Assembly: GCA_000934665.2 (NCBI GenBank)
Contig: KZ538796.1
Span: forward strand, 1-47,577
Direction: 5' to 3'
DNA from: Catajapyx aquilonaris
Lineage: Eukaryota
Length of the DNA stretch: 47,577 bases
Shown here: in pieces, positions 37,001 through 46,748 of the stretch
Layout: every line of letters begins with the position of its first letter
Numbering within the stretch: the stretch's first letter is position 1
Position numbers and translations under genes: made by a program
The notes under the pieces: generated by a model
Seen by the model: only the letters and a program-made list of their open reading frames with translations
Databases searched by the model: none
What the model was told of the DNA's origin: nothing

Positions 37001-40000
37001 TTTGATCAGAATGACCGTTTCACAGAACGCGGTTTTGGGTACTGGTTGAACAGGTAACAATTGAATGATATAACTGTTTTTGATCTGAATGACCGTTAGA
37101 ACGATTTTGATAAGAATGACCGTTTCACAAAACGCGGTTTTGGGTACTGGTTGAACAGGTAACAATTGAACGTTATAACGGTTTGTGATTAGAATGACCG
37201 TTACAACGGTTTTTGATCAGAATGACCGTTTCACAGAACGCGGTTTTGGGTACTAGTTGAACAGGTTACAATTGAACGTTATAACAGTTTTTGATCAGAA
37301 TGACCGTTACAACGGTATTTGATCAGAATGACCGTTATGACGATTGGTAATACGTACCTCAGAATGCTGGGCATGCACAGCTTGAAACCGCTCATCACTG
37401 CTGTAGGTCGTGAGTCCCACTGTGAGCAGGTGATAATCCTTACGTCGTATCCAAGACACCTGGAAGTACGCAACAAAAAAATCTTCAACCTTTGTCAAGA
37501 CTTCATATAACATGTCATATCCACGTGAAATGGAGCATGCAAGCCGAACATGGATTTTCTTTCTCCCACATGCAGTTGAAAAGGATTCAGTTGGCAGGGT
37601 AGGCATTCACCTCGTCGGCCTTTTCCATGTCCGAGTCAGTGAGCCGTCAGCTCGCCGGGGGTTTGGAGGAAGTTAGGGGGGAGAAGAGCTGTGGGGGCTG
37701 AGGGAGAAGAGAACCCTAGTGCTCCACGAGCATTGAAAAATCCATGGGAAATTGGATGTGCTGCGAGCCACTCCAATGATTACCACTACCATGTTGATTT
37801 TCATCTGCTCGCATTGTTGTGTTATGCTGTGCATATTTATTCTGACAATTTATGTGCCAGTATAAAATTCTGGGGCCCGAGAGCTAAGCTATACAAACAT
37901 ATAAATTGTTGAACCAACAGTACGTTGTATTATTGAATTACCGGACTGTTTCAATCTAGTTCTTTTTCTCTTTAAATTTAAACTAGAAAAACCCTCGATT
38001 TTACTAGTAAGGAACGGTTTCACCGAGCTCAGTATAAGGGTGTTAATCCTAAGCGTGTCACCAGAAAAAGAGGTGGTAGAGGGCGCAGGTGTGAGCATTT
38101 TTGCATAAGGAACTAGGGGTCGGAAACGCACCCTCACCGAGTCACTCCGCCGCGTGCCGCACGCCTCTTGCACACTGCCTGCCGCAAACTTGAAAGGGGC
38201 GTAACTCGGTGAGGGTGCGTTTCCCCTAGTTCCTTATGCAAAAATGCTCACACCTGCGCCCTCTACTACCACCTTTTCTGGTGACACGCTTAGGATTAAC
38301 AGCCTGTATTATAAATCCGAGTTTCTTTTCAAAAAATGGTCATGTTTCATTGTTGACAACAATGGTTGCTATGGCAATTTTTGTGTTTTAGACTTTTCCG
38401 AGAAAAAGTCTTATAGAATGGCTCTGTCTGTCTATCTGTCTGTCTGTGGACATGTATCAGACAGACAGACAGACAGACAGACAGAGCCGTGCTATAAGAC
38501 TTTTTTCAATTTTCGGGATCCGGGTTCACTCCTTCCGACCCTTCCCCTTGGCTGCCCCCTCCCCCACCACTCCCCAACCCTGACCGACCATTTGCCCCAG
38601 ACCGGCCATTTCCCCTGACCTCCCTGTACTGGGCAGAGAAGGGAGTGCAATTCTGCCCGGGCACGTCGGGTGAAAAACGGAAAAATACCTGACCAAGAGA
38701 AGGTGACGGGGACGGNNNNNNNNNNNNNNNNNNNNNNNNNNNNNNNNNNNCCCCCCCCAGCCGGGGCTAGTGGTTAGCGCGCTCGCCTCTAGACTCATAT
38801 GTGGGTTCGAACCCGGCCGAGGTCGGTGACTTTTCTTTGGGTGAGACTGCGCCTCCTTCGGAGGGGAAGTAAAGCAGTCGGTCCCGTGTGCTTGTGACAT
38901 TGCGCGAGTGCACGTTAAAGATCCCCAGAGTTGCCAAATGTCCAGGTGGAGGACCACCCCCTGCAGTCGGTGTTTAGCCTTAGCAGCAGACGTTAAGACT
39001 CACTGATAAGATCATCATGCCCCCCACACTGCAATTCTTGTTATAACCGAGGTTCTAAGTAGGGCTGGGCGATATTTCGATATATCGACTGTCGATACGA
39101 TATTTTCCTAATATCGAAGTTGCGATATCCGACGCTTGGCATGTTCGATGTATCGAATATCGCGATTTTTCGATGTCGGTTCGATGTCGGTTTGTCGGTT
39201 TTTCGATTTTTGATATATTGACTGTCGATACGATATTTTTCTAATATCGAAGTTGCGATATCCGACGCTTGGCATGTTCGATGTATCGAATATCGCGATT
39301 TTACGATGTCGGTTCGATGTCGGTTTTCGATATTTTTCGATGTCGGTTCGATGTCGGTTTGTCGGTTTTTCGATTTTCGATATATCGACTTCGATTCAAT
39401 ATTTTTTAAGTATCGAAAGTCGATATGTAATTTCGGATATCGCACAGCCCTAGTTCTAAGTTATACTGAGCTCGGTTTTGATAAATAAACCCCGGTTATT
39501 TCGGAAAATCCTTATTCTATTTACATAGATTTTCCGAAAGAACCGGGGTTTTATTAAAACCGGGCTCGGTATAACTGGCCCTAAATGTTCAAAAGTGCTG
39601 AGTATGGCCGATTAATTGATGGTGGTATAATAGGCATGTGACATTTTCCACGCTTATTGCCTTCCATTAGGCCGATTCTTATTCCTGGTTCGCTCATGGG
39701 CGGGGGGGGGGGGGGNGGGGGGGGGGGGGTCATAGTTGCACCCCTTCCAGAACATTGACCAGGAAGCTCGTAATCCGGAGAGTCCAGACCGGGGTCCAAT
39801 CCAGAGCGGAAGTCAACTCGATTCTGCCGACCAGAAAATGAGGATGGGAATTTATAGGGCAAGAGACGGGCTCCAGAGTAAGCCACGTCATGGCGAGCTA
39901 AGTCAGGTATAAAATCTGGGCCGATTTACTGGCCAGTTTTATTTGTTTGAAATTCTGCGAGGGGATTTGAGGGGAACGGCCTCATTGGTCTGGAAATATA

Positions 40001-43000
40001 GGTTTGCTATATGTAACTCAATTATGAGTGGTGATTTTTGCAAGGAAAGCAACGAATGATGTAATGACATTAGAGTTGAATCCGGATATAATAGACTTCA
40101 AGATACAGCGGAAATCAGTATGTTATAACCAAGGTCTGTTATAGCCGAATGCAAAAGCCACATATGGAAGTTTGCCGATACTGGCATTTCAAGTCCGTTA
40201 TAACCGAAGATCTGTTATATCCGAGGCTATTATACTCGGATTCAACTGTAACTTATATAATTTAATATGGATTTGTTAGAAATTGTAAGAAATTTATTTA
40301 TACTGCTGAATAGTTTAAAAACCTACACATTTTTGGAAAGTGGCCGTTATGTCCGTTATAAAATTTTTACGTCGCCCTTATTCTATCTTTGTACTATTTT
40401 TTTATTTTTTTATTTATTTTTCAACCCCGTGATAGGGCCTTGGTCCCTTTCAGGGGGCGGAGGTTCCCAAGGAAGGGCGCTCTTTCTAGTAGTAATTTCT
40501 GACCCTCTTAATGCCATACATTTTCACTTGGCCCTGGGCAAAGAAGGGAGTGCAAGTCTTCCCGGACATGTCGGGTGAAAATTGGATAAAGATCCGACTA
40601 TCCGGTTATTCTGTCACTCCTCACCCTTCACGCTGACTCCGAATACGAAAACCGTATGTCGTTATCTCATGTGGTTTAGGCTGTGATATTTGTTCACGGA
40701 CAGACAGACGTTCTGTGACCTTTCTTTTGAAGTATAGAAGTCAGTGAGAAACAATCAAGTTTTCAAGTTTACCTCCGGATTATTTTTTAAACAGTTTTAG
40801 AGTCTTTAAAGTAGAAATTACGAGGGGTTACCCACTCTGGTAATCTGATGTACACTTCGTTTGGTAATCCTGGTAATCATAAGTGTGTAATAATAGGAAA
40901 TATCTGGGTAATCATATGCGTAATCAGGGTAATCAGAGGAGTAATCGGGGTAATCAGGGTAATTATTAGGTGATAAAGGGTAATCGTAGGAGTAATCTGG
41001 GTAATCAGAGTAATCATAGATGTAATATGGGTAATCGTGATGCAATATGGGTAATCAGGGTAATCGTATAGATGTAATATGGGTAATCATAGATGTAATA
41101 TGGGTAATCATAGATGTAATATGAGTAATCATAGATGTAATATGAGTAATCATATGTAATAATAATAATAATAATATGGGTAATCATGATGACACTTTTA
41201 GGAGAGTGAATAACCTCTAGAAATTCATAACTCTACATTGTGATAAACCGTTAAACTTTATTCCTGCCACCACGAAGGTCTTAATGCCTCTGCCCAAGTC
41301 ACAGAGAGGTTTGAAACTCGTAAGTCCAGAGGGCGGTCTTTGGCCCATCTGGAAGAGGAGGATGTAATGAGCCAGCTCAGTCTCTTTAGGCCGGGATTAA
41401 GACAAGTGAGGCCCAAGTAAAGGGAAAAGCGTCTTGGTGTCTCACTGCGACTGTATGGGCTCAGCCTCAATTCTTTTCTCAGAGGGCGCCAGCTGAGGAT
41501 TCCGGTGCAAATCCCTGGAGTAAGGAAAATTCACTTCCGATTTGTGTTCACTGTATGTTCGGACATTTTGTAAAAAAAAGGGGGCGCCATTGTAGAGCAA
41601 CAGGCTGTGAAACACGGCTTGGGAGATAAGAACGGGTTTTAAGGGTTGAAATTCGCACTTTTGAGTGGGAACTGGTTGAGCAGGTGAAGCAGTTTGTGTT
41701 TGTAGAAAGTTTCTTTGATTAAAATGGCCAATATTTGTTACCACTGGAAGTAATCCTGCCTAAAAATGGTGATATATCGATATGTCGATATTCATGGGTG
41801 ACGTTCGGAACCTTCAAACTCCTCCCACCACTTCTTTTAACATGGCAATTTGCATTAGTACTTATTACAGTACCCACATCCTAACTTCTAAATAAAATAG
41901 GCATGTCCTGAATATGGCGACCTCTGTTACACGGTTTCAAAATATAATTATTTTTGTACCGCACTGTACCCACTAATCAGATCGCTTAAGCCTTAAGCTC
42001 CTTATAGGGTGTCTGGTCTCTTTTAAAAACTTTTTATCATTTAAAAAAGTATTATAGAACGCCTCTGTCCGTCCGTCAGTCTGTGGACAAATATCAGGGC
42101 CTAAACTGCAGGAAACAGCGACAAACGGTTTTTAGATTCGGATTCAGTTGATACTAAATATTATGTTTAATGGTCAACTTCCTGTGAACGGCCACTTCCG
42201 GTTTTCCGGATTCACTATCCGCCAAGGTCAAGTCTACACTGTATAATTTCTTGGTTGCTTGGCAATGAGAAACGAGGCTGACAACATTCGATGTCATTGT
42301 TGGCCAGTGAGAATCTCATCATATCGTACTATCGTATTCAACAAACTTGTCAGTCTCATTTCCCGCTGCACAATGAGAAAAAGTCTACTCGAATCGCCAA
42401 TCTCGTTTAAAATAATATTTGGCAGATTTTTTTAAAGAGAAACGCATTTGAATTTTTTAAGCAAATTCACACATTTTAACTAATTTTCACCAATTTATGT
42501 TGTATGTTATATTTGCTTACAACTGGCAGTACTCAGGCCATTTTTAAAAAAATGTAATGACGACGTATCGAGGGTATCGATAATGTCGATATTCATGGGC
42601 GACGTTCTGAACCGTAATTGGCTCACTTCTATGAACAGACAGCCGAACATGTGTACTTCATATACAGAATTGTGCTTTTGTATTCCAATAAACACTGCAA
42701 AAATTCCTCACGATTGATCTTTGCATATTTTATTTTACATGCGCCATAAATGTTCAATTCACATTAATTATAGCTCGTTTGCACCTATTTACAAGTTCAT
42801 TAATTTTTGATATAAATCTTTATGAAGTTGAATTACGCTGCTATGATTCAAACTTTGATTTTGGACATTAAAAGCGTGGCTGACATTCCTCTGACAACGC
42901 GTACAAATATTTAAAAATTGTGAGGCTCACCATTCCATCCCCGGCGTTTCTGACGACGCAAGGCAAGAGGGCGTTGCTGTTGACTTGTGACGTAATGACG

Positions 43001-43268
43001 CTGGAGTTATCCGTCTCAAAAGTGACAGCGGATGGATCTCTTGTGGTCTCAGGTTCGGCTTCATCCGCCGCCAACGGAAGGTGCAAGGTTGGTGAGAGAC
43101 CTCCGCTACCTGACACATAGTATGGTGAGAGGGATGATGAGGATGACGAAGAGGTTATGCTGGCTGGTGACGTGCTGATGGTGCCAGGTGACGCGCCTGA
43201 GGTTTTAGAGGGCACGTCGGTTGGGGATGCCCTTCTTTTGCGGATGACCGACAGCCCACAGGAAGGAT
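24853..43268 (-). CDS. dpr13: Dpr-family (defective proboscis extension response / zig-8-like) two-Ig-domain cell-surface protein, dpr13-like; 5 coding exons, 5' end incomplete
   Basis: Spliced join 43268-42931, 37459-37358, 31952-31844, 31478-31194, 25046-24853 = 1028 nt, open frame, all GT-AG, phases 1/0/0/1/1. Ig1 motifs LLPCVV, VSWIRRKDYHLLTVGLTTYSSDERF, DWTLQVKYVQPRDAGIYECQVSTHPP. Ig2 motifs LTCVL, VFWYHNERMINYD, DSGNYSCVPSN, then GENPAAMQH and a hydrophobic C-terminus. Family call is firm; dpr13 orthology is from recall and needs a tree. Confidence 0.93.
28576..29283. mobile_element. Foldback element with ~70-bp TIRs filled with gaccgtt/gacggtt/ggcggtt repeats
   Basis: aaaagtcagcacagaattgcttcttgggtctgttatgcatacaaccgccatccatccgtaatgtaacggtc pairs with gaccgttacatgacgggtggatggcggttgtgtgcattacagacccaagacgcaattctgtgctgactttt; related fragments at 25160-25255 and 26535-26710. 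Confidence 0.85.
30190..30760. repeat. Degenerate ~18-bp AT-rich minisatellite
   Basis: aaatgaaattttccatca / ttaaatgaaacttttcta-type units. Confidence 0.85.
31194..31478 (-). CDS. Dpr-like exon D (Ig2)
   Basis: tttccag|AG GCC...AAC G|gtaagt; 285 nt; EARAEILGSPDKYVKRGSALKLTCVLRQSTEPPQYVFWYHNERMINYD...DSGNYSCVPSNANPANIFVHILN. Confidence 0.95.
31651..31786. mobile_element. Pogo/Tigger-like MITE hairpin in the short Dpr intron
   Basis: tttgaaatgcagtaaaacctgtcaagttggacac is the perfect reverse complement of gtgtccaacttgacaggttttactgcatttcaaa. Confidence 0.88.
31844..31952 (-). CDS. Dpr-like exon C (Ig1 end); absent from the ORF track
   Basis: tttacag|GAC...GTA G|gtaagt; 109 nt; DWTLQVKYVQPRDAGIYECQVSTHPPQSIFVTLRVV. 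Confidence 0.95.
32000..32232. repeat. Short tandem/inverted array with taacggtca core
   Basis: ataacggtcataacggtcattctgaaggtacaaattttgtacca duplicated; outer inverted match aaataatcacaaaaataacggtcat / atgaccgttatttttgtgattattt. Confidence 0.8.
34205..34314. mobile_element. 110-bp hAT-type MITE made of two hairpins
   Basis: cagggatggaaaaagaaccgcttc...gaagcggttctttttccatccctg; TSD ggtacaac at 34197-34204 and 34315-34322; empty paralogous site at ~34601-34620. Confidence 0.92.
35666..35922. mobile_element. MITE with CAAGGGGGTAGTCACT TIRs and 8-bp TSD (hAT or P-like)
   Basis: caatggggtagtcact ... agtgactacccccttg; perfect TSD ggtcattc at 35658-35665 and 35923-35930; internal ggctc/gagcc repeats. 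Confidence 0.9.
36089..36446. repeat. Near-perfect long inverted repeat, ~165-bp arms with 25-bp spacer
   Basis: 36089-36258 versus 36284-36446, with few mismatches and small indels. Confidence 0.95.
37358..37459 (-). CDS. Dpr-like exon B (Ig1 middle)
   Basis: ttccag|GTG...GAG|gtacgt; 102 nt; VSWIRRKDYHLLTVGLTTYSSDERFQAVHAQHSE. Confidence 0.95.
38036..38306. mobile_element. Tc1/mariner-type MITE with ~105-bp TIRs
   Basis: agggtgttaatcctaagcgtgtcaccagaaaa...ccctcaccgagt versus actcggtgagggtgcg...ctggtgacacgcttaggattaacagcctg|TA. Confidence 0.92.
38386..38620 (+). mobile_element. HINE/DINE-1-like element, 5' part (same subfamily as 8742-9098)
   Basis: ttttagacttttccgagaaaaagtcttatag, (tctg)n, (agac)n, tataagactttttt, C-rich tract; colinear with the reverse complement of 8890-9098. 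Confidence 0.8.
38759..39018 (+). mobile_element. tRNA-derived SINE family 3 with Deu/Nin-domain-like core
   Basis: A-box gctagtggttagc, B-box ggttcgaacc. Core ccttcggaggggaagtaaagcagtcggtccc...gcacgttaaagatcccc resembles arthropod Deu/Nin-domain SINEs (recall). The 5' flank is an N gap, so the TSD cannot be tested. Confidence 0.75.
39060..39452. mobile_element. hAT-type MITE, CpG-rich (atcga repeats)
   Basis: tagggctgggcgatat ... atatcgcacagcccta; perfect 8-bp TSD gttctaag at 39052-39059 and 39453-39460; internal ~133-bp tandem duplication. Confidence 0.93.
39459..39581. mobile_element. Hairpin MITE, possibly PIF/Harbinger-like; left end disrupted
   Basis: agttatactgagctcggtttt...ggaaaatc versus gattttccgaaagaaccggggttttattaaaaccgggctcggtataact, ending ggccc|taa. 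Confidence 0.65.
40073..40248. mobile_element. Pogo/Tigger-like MITE
   Basis: TA|gagttgaatccggatataa ... ttatactcggattcaactg|TA; internal gttataacc repeats. Confidence 0.82.
40838..41190. repeat. Degenerate 9/12/21-bp gggtaatca minisatellite
   Basis: gggtaatca, gagtaatc and tatgggtaatcatagatgtaa units. Confidence 0.9.
42043..42409 (+). mobile_element. HINE/DINE-1-like element (same subfamily as 17452-17783)
   Basis: aaaaagtattatagaacgcctctgtccgtccgtc...agattcggattcag...caatgagaaaaagtctactcgaatc. Confidence 0.78.
42931..43268 (-). CDS. Dpr-like exon A: N-terminal S/T/P-rich linker and start of Ig1
   Basis: Acceptor gtttcag|AT (ct at 43269-43270), donor ATG|gtgagc. Translates xPSCGLSVIRKRRASPTDVPSK...TDNSSVITSQVNSNALLPCVVRNAGDGM. 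The acceptor position is less certain than the donor. Confidence 0.85.
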
Positions 43269-43317
43269 CTGAAACGATAACAATTGAAATGCTATAACAA
43301 TTGATGTCTGAATCGAG

Positions 43318-43410
43318 GGCGACACGGTGGCCGAATTGCTAAGGCCGCAGCCTTCCACCTCTAAGGTCCCGAGTTCGATCCCCGGATCGTACAGAGGATG
43401 CTTATGTGGA
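43318..43410 (+). mobile_element. SINE family 2, head-only fragment
   Basis: ggcgacacggtggccgaattgct...gagttcgatccccggatcgtacagaggatgcttatgtgga aligns with ~4232-4324. Confidence 0.85.
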
Positions 43411-43429
43411 ATTGTATGGAGGATAAACT

Positions 43430-46170
43430 GTTCTTTTCAAACCAAACTTTAAGAAAATAAGCGCGAAATCGCATTTTAAGATGTTTCATTCCAAATCAGT
43501 CAAGACCGTCATGACAGTTAGGAAACCCGTTTCCCATCTAATGCTCATGGTTTCAAACGAAACTTTAGAAAAATAAGTACGAAATCACATTTTAAGATTG
43601 ATCCAGAATAAGTTAGGAAAACCGTTAACCGACTTCTCAACTCTATGGCTCATTGTTTCAGATCAAATGTGGGAAAAACAAGCTCAGAATCACATTTTCA
43701 GCATATTCTAAATCAGTCAAGGCCGTTAGGAAAACAGTTAAACGACTTCTTCGCATTGTTTGAAACCAAACTTTGGAAAAACATGCGCAAAATCGTATTT
43801 TCAGCCTGTTCTAAAATTTGTCAAAACCGCTAGGACCGGTATGACAGTTAGAAAAACCGTTATTTTAGTCCCATCTGCTCCACGTCTCATTTTAACACCT
43901 CTACTATGTTTTTTGGTCAGTCCTTTGGATACATCATTTCAAGAGGTGATTTGGAGGTGATTCACTAACAAGGCTCCGAGTTACTTACTCACAGCTTGTT
44001 GACTTGTAACATTTATATTCGTTGCTAGTGGGTAAGTTACACCGACCTGGGGCAGGTATTCATTCATGACACACTGTACATGGTCCCACTTGGAATTCAT
44101 AATTCCATTATTTGCAGTGCAACTTCAATATTCATACACTGCATTGTAAATATTGTAATCATTTCATTACATACGTACATTCAAATTCTCAAAAAAAAAT
44201 CGATTCCAATTTTTTTTAACTTTAATATCCTTACGTCCTTTACAATCTTTTGACCTTGCCGTCTTTGGGAAGCTCCCAAGAAAAGTGGGAAAAGGAAATG
44301 AAATGTATATCAGTGAATAAAATTAGGCTCCGACGATATCGACCACGATGTAAAAAGAACCTCGTTTCTCGTTCCCGTATAAACTTTACCTCCGTCGTGA
44401 TAAGAAAGATTGGGTATTCGGAGAGTGGAGGTTGAATTTGCACGAACTTTCCTTGGATTTGCTTCGTGACGACCCCGAGGTGGCAAATGAAACTTTGCCT
44501 AGATCTTCCGCAAGTCAATTGCACAAGCCAAAATTCCCTAACCAAATTTCGCATGTTACCTGAGTAACAAGTTAATAAAAATATATTCTCTCACGTTTTT
44601 GGGGGGAAAAGAATAGGCTGGCCCAAAATGACGGTTAGAAAAACCCATTTTTGATCAGAATGACCGTTATAACCGTTTTTGATCAGAATGACCGTTATAA
44701 CCGTCTATTCTATCTTTGCCTCATAAATTAACCATAATGTCATAGTATTTTACTTATACGTGTTTCAAAACTAACTATAGAAAAATAAGTGTGAAGTCAC
44801 ATTTTCAGCCTGAGTTACGACCGTTAGAACCGTTAGTGAACGGTTAATTGCAACGAACTCTCGCAAAAATTAGTTCCATTATTGTAAATTAGCTTTATAA
44901 GGACCCTTAGTGTGTGGGTCGAGTGTGTGGAGAGCAATTGATACTGTTTCATCTAGTACTATAGTACCCATAACTAATGTGATTTCTAACTTGAATGTTT
45001 TAACCTTAATGTAAATTGCGTCGACATTAATTACTCCTTCCGCCTCTCCGATCCTTTTGAAAACAATGTAAATTTCATTTCCGGGCGTTGCCTGCCTAAT
45101 GGTACTGAAAAGGATAAAGTCGTTCACGTCCACTATTCCCCCACATTATTATGCAATGTGACCACAAAATAAACAATGCATTTTCGGAACTTGTATTCAT
45201 TCCGGGATACATGTAGCTTTCATTTGTAGCAAATTAAGCATGATTTGGTGGCCTATATTTAAATTTTTAATTTTGTGCCAGTTAGGACTACATGGCGATT
45301 GCGGGAATAACCTACTAGAATCAGGAATGAAAGGAAAAGCGACATTTGTTTTAAATTTTAAACTGTTGGAAAGTTCTGAAATTTAAATGATCCATAACTA
45401 GAATGTGAATGTACAGGTCACAGATTGTCATGACGATGACCGTTAACATATAACCTTGACGGAAATCATTACGTCCTCCTCACCCTTCAATTTTTGTACT
45501 ATGAATTAACATAATGTCATAGTGTTTTTCTCTATATGCTTCCAACCTAACTTTAGCAAAATAGGCCCGAAATCACATTTTTAGCCTGATCTAAACTAAA
45601 TATAGACCGTTATGACCGTTGGAGAACGTAACGATTTCCTAACGGCCATTTGTGATCAGGTTTTTCTCTCCAAAAATTGGATATGGAAATGAATGGAACT
45701 ATGAATCGTTTTAAAAAGTATAAAATTTATGAAAATAAATTCTCTCACATTTTTTTGAAAATAATAGGCTGACCAAAAATGACCTTTACGAAATCGTTAC
45801 GTCTTCATCCTTTTAATTTTGCACTACAAATCAACATAATGTCATAGCGTGTCATAGTATTTAGAATTTACCTGCCTCAACCTTCAGCTAAATATGCTTC
45901 AGCTGATCCAAAATCATTCAAGACCGTTATGACCGTTAGAAAATCGTTACTTCTTCACATTCTTTGTACTATAAACTCACATAATACCACAGTCCTTTGA
46001 ATTTACCTGCTTTAAACCTGTTTAAACCTAAATGTAGCAAAAATAAGCCAGAAATCATATTTTCAGCCTGATCCAAAATCATTCAAGACCGTTAGGACCG
46101 TTATGACCGTTAGGCAAACCGTTAGACGACTTCTCCCATCTGCACCACGTCTCATCTTCACCCCCTTTCT
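43430..46170. repeat. Dispersed blocks of a diverged repeat (aaactttagaaaaataag...aaatcacattttcagcc...agaccgttatgaccgttag)
   Basis: Blocks at 43430-43900, 44560-44860 and 45430-46170; two blocks end in cccatctgc(t/a)ccacgtctcat; unique spacers in between. Confidence 0.7.
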
Positions 46171-46748
46171 ATCTGTGTACCCCCCCCCCCCCAAAGTCTG
46201 CAAGAAATCCCAGCAGAAAATCCATCGCCACTCTATCCCCTTCCATACGATGCTGGAGGCTGTATCGATTTTCATCTCAGTTATCCGAACCCGTCCTGAA
46301 ATTGTAATAAGGGAGACATAATCTGGGCTTGATTGAAGAGCTCACAGACTCTGCTGGCAAATGGCTTCCCTTTTTAGCAGCGTTCGGTTCCACTCGGCCG
46401 AGATTTTCAACAGCAGGGGACCCCCCAACCCCCACCCCCTCCAACCCCCTCTCTCGAATAGGATAGATCTAGCTAGACTCAAAGTAACATCCATTACGTC
46501 AGGACCACTCGGAATTGGAGACCTCGCCTTTGCTCCAATAATGGCTTTGATTATGCAGCACAGAGTAAACCCAGCCCCTGAATGTGTTGGATTGGTTTCC
46601 TGGACAGAGGGGAACCCATTATGTATCCAACCTTTTCATGTAGTGTTAGATGTACAAGGAATTATTAGCTCTGTGGTCCAACTTGTCAGAATCTGCCCAC
46701 TGCAACTGAAGTATCATACTTGTAGTTAGCACTGGTTTTTTCGAGTTC

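Larger units (their letters stand above)
34085..37340. repeat. Interrupted satellite-like region (type B, gatcagaatgaccgtta units) in both orientations
   Basis: Larger units at 34085-34500 and 34495-34790, partial copies 35400-36090, and a tandem array at 36860-37340 ending 18 bp from the exon B donor; unique spacers at ~34860-35390 and 36450-36820. Confidence 0.8.

Noticed and set aside
36491..37165. 224-aa ORF with TVILIK/SNGHSD repeats
   Set aside because: Translation of the gatcagaatgaccgtta satellite.
39041..39488. Overlapping ORFs rich in R/I/D/S
   Set aside because: Translations of the CpG-rich hAT MITE.
13189..39729. Poly-G/C tracts as functional G-quadruplexes (13189, 16919, 26641, 28226, 38716, 39703)
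   Set aside because: Most coincide with N bases, so lengths are unreliable; no positional pattern.
40818..41045. Tyr/Asp/Pro-rich ORF (DYPDY) as an alternative Dpr exon
   Set aside because: Product of a 9-bp minisatellite; inclusion would split Ig1 and I see no supporting splice sites.
40838..41190. Interstitial telomeric repeat
   Set aside because: The gggtaatca unit is not TTAGG or TTAGGG.
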